From: Deltaproteobacteria bacterium | GTDB lineage: Bacteria > Myxococcota_A > UBA796 > SXON01 | DNA: 64,000 nt | NCBI GenBank assembly: GCA_947490345.1 | Contig: CANLGL010000005.1 | Location: 50,314-114,313 of the forward strand | Direction of reading: 5' to 3' | In this document: positions 19,626 to 27,510 of the stretch, piece by piece | Numbering within the stretch: the stretch's first letter is position 1 | Layout: every line of letters starts with the position of its first letter | Translations under genes and position numbers: made by a program | The notes under the pieces: generated by a model | What the model saw: the letters and a program-made list of their open reading frames with translations, nothing else | Told to the model about the DNA's origin: nothing | Databases searched by the model: none

Positions 19626-20906
19626 ATGCCTCGTCCGTCCACTCCCCCTCTTGCCCCCTCAACCCCCTGGCAGCCCTGGTTCGAGCTGTACCTCGCCGCG
19701 AACCTCTGCGACTGCTGCTTCGACGCCGCGGTGCGCCAGATTCCTGGCCTCCCCGCCAAGGAGCGCGGGGACGCCTGGGCCGTCGCGACCCGGGCGATGT
19801 TGATCCTCGGCCGGCCCGCCGAAGCGGAGCGGGCCTGGGCCAAGGCGCGCGCGCAGGGCGGCCCCGAGGTCGATGCGTTGGCGTTGTGGATGGAGCCCGC
19901 CGCGCTCCAATCGGCGGTGCACCGGGCCACCACCACCCGATCCGCGGGGCTCACCGCGGACGCCTGGTGTGACGTCGCCGCGCTCCGCATGCTGACGGAG
20001 GCCGGTCGCGACGCGGCCCTCGCCATCGGGCAGGCGCTGGCGGCCTGTCCGGAGCACCGGGAGGCGCAACGGTGGGCGCGCTTCCTGGCGCTTCCCGACG
20101 CTCCGGAGGCCGTGGCCCGGTTGGTGCTGAAGCCGTCACGGCGGGGCTCCAGCCTCGCGGTCCGCGACGCCGACGGGCTCTTCCCGCGTTCGGACAACGG
20201 GTTCGTTTCGCCCATGCGCGCGCAAGGGCGCGTGTGGCGCGAGGCGCTCCCGATTCCCGCCGGCTCGGCACTGGCGCGCTTCGACCAGGCCGGCGTCACC
20301 GACTCCTACCTGGCCACCCCGGAAGACTGGGCTCGCGTGCCCGGGAATCACCCCCTGGTGCAGGCCGAGCTGGCGCTCGGCCAGATCGTCGACCTCGTCG
20401 ACGAGGGGCGCGACGCAGCTCCGCTGGCGCGCGCCGCCTGGAATGCCGCTCTCGCCTCGGGCGACGCCGAGCGTGTCGACGACGTCGCGCAGCTCTTGTG
20501 CTCGCTGGCCACCCGGGCTCCTGCACTGGCCGGACTCGGAGCGCGGGCGGCAGACTGGCTGATCGAGACGCGCGGCAGCCGCGGCCGCCTCTTCGCCGCG
20601 TATCGAGCCTGGTTCGCCGCGCTCCTCGGCGAGCCGGACGCCGCGGTCCGCGCGCGCACCGTACTGATGGACCCCTGCACCGACGACCTCGGCTGGCGCC
20701 TCGCCGTTGAGTCCCTGACCCGGGTCGGCGCGTTCTCGGATGCCGACCTCGCGATCGCCGCGGCGATCAAGGACCCCCGCCGGCGTGGAGCCGCCCATGG
20801 ACTGGGCGGTCGGCGCCAGCCCACCGGCGCGCCCCAGGTGGCCCTCTCCCCCCGCCTGACACCGCGAGACCTCAACGCCGCCGCGTGCCCGATCGCGCTT
20901 GCCTGA
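19626..20906 (+). CDS. hypothetical helical-repeat (TPR-like) protein
   Basis: 426-aa Ala/Leu-rich ORF. Good RBS and a sigma-54 promoter upstream. Confidence 0.6.
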   Translation: MPRPSTPPLAPSTPWQPWFELYLAANLCDCCFDAAVRQIPGLPAKERGDAWAVATRAMLILGRPAEAERAWAKARAQGGPEVDALALWMEPAALQSAVHRATTTRSAGLTADAWCDVAALRMLTEAGRDAALAIGQALAACPEHREAQRWARFLALPDAPEAVARLVLKPSRRGSSLAVRDADGLFPRSDNGFVSPMRAQGRVWREALPIPAGSALARFDQAGVTDSYLATPEDWARVPGNHPLVQAELALGQIVDLVDEGRDAAPLARAAWNAALASGDAERVDDVAQLLCSLATRAPALAGLGARAADWLIETRGSRGRLFAAYRAWFAALLGEPDAAVRARTVLMDPCTDDLGWRLAVESLTRVGAFSDADLAIAAAIKDPRRRGAAHGLGGRRQPTGAPQVALSPRLTPRDLNAAACPIALA

Positions 20907-23092
20907 CGTTCCCCGACCTACGGCAAGGGATTTCCCTCCGGCCGGCGTATACTGCGTCCAGCTTCGGATGCCGTTTGCGCTTGGTCACGCTCACCCTCGG
21001 CTTGCTCATCGGCTGCGATGCCACGGACTCAGGGGGGATCGCCAAGGACGGCGGCGCCGAGACCGGCGAGGCGGGACCCAGCGAACAGGACATCGATCGC
21101 GATGGATACCCGGCGTCGAACGATTGTCAGGATCAGGCTGCGTGGATCCACCCGGGCGCGGAGGAACGCTGCGACGGCGTGGATGAAGACTGCGACGGCA
21201 CCGTGGACGAGGAGGCCGCGGACGCCGCGTACTGGTTCGCCGACGGCGACTCCGACGGGTACGGGCTGGTGGACGTCGTCCTGCGGAGCTGCATCCAGCC
21301 TCCAGGGTACCGTTCGAGCGCGGGGGACTGCGACGACAACGACCCCGCCGTGAGGCCCGGCGCCAGGGAGACCTGCGACGGGGAGGATGACGATTGCGAC
21401 GGGACAGTCGACGAGGGCGGACCCTGGTGGACCGACGCCGACGGCGACGGGTTCGGGGACGAGACCGGCCCCGTCGAGTTCTGCTCCGCCGAGGGCAGCG
21501 CGGTCGCCGATGCCACCGATTGTGACGATGCCGATGATGACGTGTTCCCGGGCAACCCAGACGCAACCTGCGACAGCAAGGACAACGACTGCAACGGCAC
21601 CGTCGACGACGGCCCCTGGTGGGCCGACGCCGACAGCGACGGCTACGGCGACGCCTCTTCGCGCCAGACCACCTGCGTCCCGACCTCGGTGCGCAACGGC
21701 TGGGACTGTGACGACACCGACGCCACCAGCTGGCTCGGTGGCACCCTCTACGCCGACACCGACGGAGACGGCTTCGGCGACCCCTCGGTAACCGTCACCG
21801 GCTGCTCGGCCACCGCGGACTACGTGGACAACGCCTACGATTGTGATGACGCCGACGCGACGGAGCCGGTCGTGGCCGATCCGATCAGCGGCTCCGCCGC
21901 CGGCCTGGGGAGCATGACCAGCCCGCTCGATTCGCTCCAAGACGCCGTCGACGCCGCCGACGCTTGCGTCGTGGCCTACCAGGGCACCTACGCCGAGACG
22001 ATTGACCTCGGCGGGAAGAGCCTCGATGTGTGGGGAGTGGACGGCGCCGACTACACGACCATCGACGCCGGCCTCGCCGTGTGCGATGCCCTGAGTTGGC
22101 GCACTTGTCAGGCAACCGTTTCCATCGCCTCCGGCAGCGGCGCCCGCCCGCGCCTCCATGGCTTCACCATCACCGGTGGCACCGGCGCCACGTCGTCAAC
22201 CACCACCGCAACGACCTGCACGGACTCGACCTCGTCGCACGCCGGCGCCAGTACCTGCACGGTCACTAGCGTCACCTACTGCGGGGGTGGCATCTCGGTC
22301 AGCGGCGATGACCCGATCTTGGAGGACCTGATCGTCACCGCCAATGAGCTCCCCGCCAACGACAGCGCCGCGACCGGCGTGTTCATGCAGGTGACCCTCG
22401 CCAGCATGGGCGGTGGCATCTGCATAACGGACGGCACCGCCTCGTTGGATGGAGTCTGGGTGAGTGACAACTACGCCGACACGGGGGGTGGCATCTACGT
22501 GACAGGGGCGTCGATCGTCGACGTGGCCCACGCGACGATCGTCGAGAACGACGCGAGCGACGGCGCGGGCGTCGGGGTCGCCGGCGGCACCCTGAGCCTC
22601 AGCAACAGCGTCCTCGCCTGCAACATCGCCACGACCGACGGCGGTGGCATCTTCGGCGAATCCGCTGCGATCATCGCGGCTGAGAACATCGTGCTCTTCG
22701 GCAACGGATCCGCGACCAGCGGCAGCGCCCGCGGCGCCGACGTCTGGGTGTCATCCACCACCGGGCTGGAACTCACCAACTCCATCGCGGAGAACGACAT
22801 CGACGCCAACCTGCTGTACGGGGCGGGGGCAGCGACTCTCGAGTATGACAGCCTCGAAAATAGCGGCGGCCCGGAGCTGGGAGGCAGCTTCAGTGCGGGT
22901 ACCGGGAGCTTCGTGTCGAGTGGCAACTTCGCCGCGGCGAGCTGCGCGGGCGCGATGAGGGACAACGACTGGGCGTTGGTGGCGGGTTCGCCGGCCATCG
23001 CGGCGGGGAACCCTGCCGCGGCGTACAACGACGTCGACGGGTCGAGGAACGACATGGGCGTGTTTGGGGGGCCGGGGGGAGCGGGCCCTTGA
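20885..23092 (+). CDS. lipoprotein with about 7 MopE-like Cys/Asp putative metal-binding repeats and a C-terminal parallel beta-helix-like region
   Basis: Repeated CDDxDxxxxPGAxExCDGxDxDCDGxVDE units lie at about 21095-21860. The lipobox is LTLGLLIGC. The Gly/Thr/Ser-rich repeats of the C-terminus are typical of right-handed beta-helices. An alternative TTG start at 20975 or 20981 avoids overlap with the upstream gene. Confidence 0.75.
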   Translation: MPDRACLTFPDLRQGISLRPAYTASSFGCRLRLVTLTLGLLIGCDATDSGGIAKDGGAETGEAGPSEQDIDRDGYPASNDCQDQAAWIHPGAEERCDGVDEDCDGTVDEEAADAAYWFADGDSDGYGLVDVVLRSCIQPPGYRSSAGDCDDNDPAVRPGARETCDGEDDDCDGTVDEGGPWWTDADGDGFGDETGPVEFCSAEGSAVADATDCDDADDDVFPGNPDATCDSKDNDCNGTVDDGPWWADADSDGYGDASSRQTTCVPTSVRNGWDCDDTDATSWLGGTLYADTDGDGFGDPSVTVTGCSATADYVDNAYDCDDADATEPVVADPISGSAAGLGSMTSPLDSLQDAVDAADACVVAYQGTYAETIDLGGKSLDVWGVDGADYTTIDAGLAVCDALSWRTCQATVSIASGSGARPRLHGFTITGGTGATSSTTTATTCTDSTSSHAGASTCTVTSVTYCGGGISVSGDDPILEDLIVTANELPANDSAATGVFMQVTLASMGGGICITDGTASLDGVWVSDNYADTGGGIYVTGASIVDVAHATIVENDASDGAGVGVAGGTLSLSNSVLACNIATTDGGGIFGESAAIIAAENIVLFGNGSATSGSARGADVWVSSTTGLELTNSIAENDIDANLLYGAGAATLEYDSLENSGGPELGGSFSAGTGSFVSSGNFAAASCAGAMRDNDWALVAGSPAIAAGNPAAAYNDVDGSRNDMGVFGGPGGAGP

Positions 23093-23117
23093 TGGCCGAT
23101 CAGTCGGGTGACCAACC

Positions 23118-23157
23118 GACGGACCTCCGTCACCCCCTGACGGACGTCGGTCACCCC
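23118..23157 (+). promoter_or_regulatory. two direct repeats (GACGGACCTCCGTCACCCC / GACGGACGTCGGTCACCCC) with 21-bp phasing, candidate enhancer-binding-protein site
   Basis: Read directly. Paralogous to 19510-19548. Confidence 0.3.
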
Positions 23158-23184
23158 AAGTCGTAAAAACGGGCTTCCTTCCGT

Positions 23185-23200
23185 TGGCACGCGCTGTGCA
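23185..23200 (+). promoter_or_regulatory. sigma-54-like promoter TGGCACGCGCTGTGCA
   Basis: One mismatch to TGGCACG-N4-TTGCA (T to G at the first T of TTGC). Lies 22 nt upstream of ATG 23222. The flanking sequence CCGTTGGCAC is shared with the 19577 promoter. Confidence 0.45.
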
Positions 23201-23221
23201 CCAGGGCTCGGCACTCCCTGG

Positions 23222-23797
23222 TTGATGATGCTCCTCTCCCTCCTGGCTTTCGCCCTCGCCGCGCCGCGCTGCCCTTCCCCGGATCCCCTCACCCCGCTCG
23301 ACACCGACACCGCCCCAGACGGCGCCGAGTACGTGCTCGCGGGCGACGACCAGGCCGTGTGCTGGTGGATCGTCGATGAGCTTGGCGACGCACGCGTGGC
23401 CAAGCGTTGGCTCCGCTCGGACCGGCACGCCGTCCGCGTCGAAGCGCTCGCCGATGGGCGCGCCTTCCTCTTGATGAGCGACCTGCGCGTACAGGTCCGC
23501 AATGCCGACGACGACCACTATCGCAACCTGAACATCACCCTACCCGGACCGCCGAGCGCGGTGCTGGCGCATGCGCGGCGCGACTGGGTAGCCGTGACCA
23601 TTCCGCGGGACGACGACACCGTCCTGGTGCAGTTGATCGACCTCGATCGGGAGCGCGTTCTGGCCGGCGTCGCGCTGCCGGCCCGCGACCTGGCGTTGTC
23701 TTTCGCCGACGCCGGCGAAGCCCTCTGGCTGGACGGCGCGCACGCACTGGCGCTGACCGAGGGCGGTCTCAGCGTGCGCGAGCAATCGCCCCAATGA
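23222..23797 (+). CDS. hypothetical secreted protein
   Basis: MMMLLSLLAFALAAP signal peptide. 191-aa ORF. Confidence 0.6.
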   Translation: MMMLLSLLAFALAAPRCPSPDPLTPLDTDTAPDGAEYVLAGDDQAVCWWIVDELGDARVAKRWLRSDRHAVRVEALADGRAFLLMSDLRVQVRNADDDHYRNLNITLPGPPSAVLAHARRDWVAVTIPRDDDTVLVQLIDLDRERVLAGVALPARDLALSFADAGEALWLDGAHALALTEGGLSVREQSPQ

Positions 23798-25139
23798 CCG
23801 CCTGCATCTCGTACGCAAAGCCAGCGGAATTGCCGCTGACGCGCAGCCAGCCGCGGTCGCCATCGCGCGGGCGGAAGTCGACCCGGATGCCGGCGTGAGC
23901 GAGCGCCTCGTTGATGCGCGGTCCGTCGTCCACCTCGACACAAACGAACGCGCCCCGTCGGGCCGATGGCCAGTCGCCGCGAACTGCAAGGCCGCACTCC
24001 GCGCAGGCGTCGAGGAGGGTGTCGACGAGTCCCGAGGTGACAGCCCGGGCGCGCGACACGGCCGCGGGCAAGGAGCCCCCGGCGCTGGTCGCGAGCGCCG
24101 CGAGCTCACCGAGGAGCATGACCTGCGCGATGAGCGTGGGCGTCCCGGTGCGAAAGCGGGTGCCATCTTCGGCACGAACCACCGGACCCTTCTCGAAAGA
24201 AAACGGCGCGCGGTGGTTCCACCAGCCCGTGCGCTTGGGCGTCAGGACACGATGCCATCGCCGCGGCAGGTACAAGAAGCCAGCGCCCGTCCCGCTGCGG
24301 AGCTGTTTGTGCCCCGCGGCCACGATGGCGACGTGGTCCCCGAGGGCGAGCGCGTCGATGGGGACGGTGCCGCAGGTCTGGTAGGCGTCGACCAACAAGA
24401 GCGCCTCGGGGCAGCGCTCGCGCAGCGCCGCGGCCAGCGCGGGGAGGTCCTGAAGCCAGCCCGACTCGAAGAGCGCGTGACTGATGGAGAGGACACGGAC
24501 CTCAGGCGTCAACGCCGCGATGATGCGCTCCGTCGGCACGCTGCCATCATCCTCGACGGGTACTTCCACGAGGGTGCCGCCGCAGTTCTGCGCCCATTGG
24601 TGATGGACGTAGTGGCCGGTCGTGAAGTGGCCCGACGTGTACACCAGCGTGCCGCCTCCGATGCCCTCGAGCACGGCGCACAGCGCCTCGGACGCGTTCG
24701 GGAACCAGGTGACGTCACCCTCAACGAGGTTTCCCCCCACCAGCTCGGCCACCTGCTGCCGGTACTGGTCCATCACCGTGACCCAGGTGCCGTCATCCCA
24801 GACGCCGATGCCGTGTGCCGCCAGTTGGTCCAGGTGCTCGCGTACGGCGGCCGGGCCGACGATGCTCGGGACTCCCATGCTGTGGCTGCACGCGTAGATC
24901 CCCAGGTCCAGACCCGGATGAAGCTCGCGGAAGTCGAGGTCATCCGCGGCGATGCCCAGGGCCGCCGCGTTTTCCCTTCGGAGGCGCCAAAACCCTGGAT
25001 CGACGGCCAGCCCACCGGTCGTCAGGCTCGTCCGCAGCGCCGCCGGCGTCGCCGCGGCCAGGCACTCGCCAATCATCGCCGGCCGCGCCGCGGCCCTTGC
25101 CGCCATCTGTGCCGCCGCCACCACGCTTCCGCTGTCCAT
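23769..25139 (-). CDS. aminotransferase class V-fold PLP-dependent enzyme
   Basis: From ATG 25139 (MDSGSVV). SHSMGVPS and AAGHKQLRSGTGAGFLYLP (PLP-Lys context) resemble the class V / kynureninase-like fold. Confidence 0.65.
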   Translation of the reverse strand: MDSGSVVAAAQMAARAAARPAMIGECLAAATPAALRTSLTTGGLAVDPGFWRLRRENAAALGIAADDLDFRELHPGLDLGIYACSHSMGVPSIVGPAAVREHLDQLAAHGIGVWDDGTWVTVMDQYRQQVAELVGGNLVEGDVTWFPNASEALCAVLEGIGGGTLVYTSGHFTTGHYVHHQWAQNCGGTLVEVPVEDDGSVPTERIIAALTPEVRVLSISHALFESGWLQDLPALAAALRERCPEALLLVDAYQTCGTVPIDALALGDHVAIVAAGHKQLRSGTGAGFLYLPRRWHRVLTPKRTGWWNHRAPFSFEKGPVVRAEDGTRFRTGTPTLIAQVMLLGELAALATSAGGSLPAAVSRARAVTSGLVDTLLDACAECGLAVRGDWPSARRGAFVCVEVDDGPRINEALAHAGIRVDFRPRDGDRGWLRVSGNSAGFAYEMQAVIGAIARAR

Positions 25140-25182
25140 CTCGCCTCCGCGACCGCCCCGTAACCCTCCACCTGGCATTCCC

Positions 25183-25590
25183 ATGACCAACGAATCCCGC
25201 TTCACCGTCGACGCCGCCCACACCGACACCCACCTGGACCTCACGCTGCTGGAGCGCATCCGTCGCCCCGACCTCGCCCAGGATCAGACCTGGAATCGGG
25301 TGACGGCACCCGCGCCGGCGCGGCTCGCCTCGGTGCGCCCCGCGCGCCTCGTCGCCGAGGCCCAAAAGCTCCCACCCCGCCTGGCCAAGCCGCGTCGGCG
25401 CCGGCAGTGGCGCCTCGAGGCCATCGTCGCGACGTGGTTCGCCCTGGTTTGCGCCGCGCTCCTCGGCGTGGTCGCTTTTCTCGGCGTCTCTTCCGGCGTG
25501 CTGCCACCGCTGGTGGCCAGCGCGTTGGTGCTCGGGGGGCTCTTGATGCTCTTCGGTGTGGCCGTCATCGTGCTGGTGGCACTGGCGTAG
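25183..25590 (+). CDS. hypothetical membrane protein
   Basis: From ATG 25183 (MTNESRF). Two C-terminal hydrophobic helices after an RRRR cluster. Confidence 0.45.
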   Translation: MTNESRFTVDAAHTDTHLDLTLLERIRRPDLAQDQTWNRVTAPAPARLASVRPARLVAEAQKLPPRLAKPRRRRQWRLEAIVATWFALVCAALLGVVAFLGVSSGVLPPLVASALVLGGLLMLFGVAVIVLVALA

Positions 25591-27508
25591 CGCCACCGCC
25601 GATGAGGTACCGCTCCAAGAACATGGTGGTGGCGCGCGTCAATACGTCGCGATTACTCTTGCGCTTGAAGCCATGGCCTTCGTCGTTGGCGAGTAGATAC
25701 CATACGTCATGCCCCTTGCCGCGCACTGCCGAGACGATCTGCTCCGCCTCCGACATCGGCACACGCGGGTCATTCCGACCCTGGATGACGAACAATGGAT
25801 CGACGATCTTGCCGACGTTCGTCAGGGGTGACACCTCTTGGAGAAAAGCGCGCATCGCCGGATCGCGCTCGTCGCCATACTCAGCGCGGCGCAGGTCCCG
25901 TCGGTAGGCATCGGTGTTTTCCAAGAAGCTGACGAAGTTGCTGATGCCGACGGAATCAATGCCACAGCTCAGGCGCTCGGGAAAGGCGACCAACGATGCG
26001 AGCACCATGAATCCGCCGTAGGAGCCGCCGGTCACCCCGACGCGGGAGGCATCGAGGGTCGGTTGGGTGCCGATCCAATCCAACACCGCCCCGATGTCGT
26101 TGACCGAGTCCATCCGCTTGCGGCCATCGTCGCGGGTCAGATAGGTGCGACCGTAACCCGTGGACCCCCTTACGTTGGGGACGACCACCGTCAATCCCAA
26201 CTCATTGACCCAATATTGAAAGGAGCCGACGAAGCTGTCGCGCGCTTGTGACTCGGGGCCGCCATGGATGCTGATGACCACCGGCGAAGGTCCTTTCGGA
26301 GCCGACGGACGGTAGACCCACGCCGGAATGCCCAAGCCATCGAACGACTTGATCGTTACCAACTCAGGGACGACGAACTGGCTGGTGTCCAGGCCACCCA
26401 CTTCTGACTCGGTCCAGCGCGTGGACTTCTGGGTCGTGAGGTCGATTACGTAGACGTCGGTCGGAGCCTGCGCGGTCGACAGGCTCAGCGCGAGGCGCTT
26501 CCCCGGCGCGTCGAACGCCGCCCCCCCGGGAACGCCCAACGGAATCGCCAACCGTTTTCGGCGCTCAGGCGCGCTCGTCGGGACAACGTACACGGCGCCG
26601 CGCCCGCCCTCGTTCACCGTGAACGCCAACTGCCTCTGGTCCGGCGCCATGACCAGCGCCTCCACGTCCCACGGGATGTCGGCCGTCAGGACCTTGGTGG
26701 CGTTGGCCGCGAGCTCGACACGCACCAGCCTCCGGAACTCCCCGCCCCCGTCCGTCGTCGCGAAGATTGCAGCGTCGCCCGGGGCGAAGGCTGCTTCATC
26801 CCAGGTGACCGGCGTCGAGCTCGGCGCGACCTCGGTGAGCTGGGAGCTGCCCAGGTCGAGGACGTACAGCCGCGCGTGGGCGGCTGAGATGTACTGTCGG
26901 ACGAGCAGGCGCGTGTCGTCCGCGCTCCAGTCGAGCACGTTCCACTGCCCCTCTACGTCAAGCACGCGGCGCGCGCTGGCCGGGTCGGCCGCGTCCATCA
27001 CGTACAGGTCGAAGTCTTTCTGGTTACGACGGGTGGACGAGAACGCGAAGCGGTCGCCGGTGGTAGCCCAGGGGCCCATCTCATTGCGGGACGTGCCGTC
27101 GGTCAGGAGCGTCGAACGACCACTCAGTCGATCAAAGCGGAAAAGCTGCCACGCCTCCCCGCCGCCGACGTCACGTCCGTAGACGAAGGTCGCGCCGTCC
27201 CCCTCCGGATCCCAGCCTACGTTTCCCACCGGCTCGTTGAAGAAGGTGACCTGCTTCCGAGCCATCCCGGGCCCGGCCACGGTGTGCAGTTGGGTCGTTT
27301 CGGCGAAGCGGGTGTTGATCATCAGCCCGACGCCTTTGGGGAGCCAACCCACCAGATCGGCGCTTCGCACGTTCTCGTACTGCGCGGTGCGCGCGGCGAC
27401 CTCCGCCGGGATTTCCGGGACGCCGTCGAGGACAAGCTGCCCTTCGACCCGCGGCGCCGCGTCAGCGGTGCACGCGGCCCCGAGGACCGCAACCAGAAGC
27501 GCGAGCAC
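25565..27508 (-). CDS. S9 family peptidase (prolyl oligopeptidase/dipeptidyl peptidase-like) with N-terminal beta-propeller
   Basis: GGSYGGFM nucleophile elbow, a C-terminal GHGF-type His region and the signal peptide MLALLVAVLGAAC. Confidence 0.85.
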   Translation of the reverse strand: MLALLVAVLGAACTADAAPRVEGQLVLDGVPEIPAEVAARTAQYENVRSADLVGWLPKGVGLMINTRFAETTQLHTVAGPGMARKQVTFFNEPVGNVGWDPEGDGATFVYGRDVGGGEAWQLFRFDRLSGRSTLLTDGTSRNEMGPWATTGDRFAFSSTRRNQKDFDLYVMDAADPASARRVLDVEGQWNVLDWSADDTRLLVRQYISAAHARLYVLDLGSSQLTEVAPSSTPVTWDEAAFAPGDAAIFATTDGGGEFRRLVRVELAANATKVLTADIPWDVEALVMAPDQRQLAFTVNEGGRGAVYVVPTSAPERRKRLAIPLGVPGGAAFDAPGKRLALSLSTAQAPTDVYVIDLTTQKSTRWTESEVGGLDTSQFVVPELVTIKSFDGLGIPAWVYRPSAPKGPSPVVISIHGGPESQARDSFVGSFQYWVNELGLTVVVPNVRGSTGYGRTYLTRDDGRKRMDSVNDIGAVLDWIGTQPTLDASRVGVTGGSYGGFMVLASLVAFPERLSCGIDSVGISNFVSFLENTDAYRRDLRRAEYGDERDPAMRAFLQEVSPLTNVGKIVDPLFVIQGRNDPRVPMSEAEQIVSAVRGKGHDVWYLLANDEGHGFKRKSNRDVLTRATTMFLERYLIGGGATPVPPAR

Positions 27509-27510
27509 GA

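Noticed and set aside
23769-23797. Convergent 3' overlaps of gene pairs: 1457-1491, 23769-23797 and 25565-25590.
   Set aside because: Short convergent overlaps are common in high-GC genomes where stop codons are rare. No extra structure was seen.
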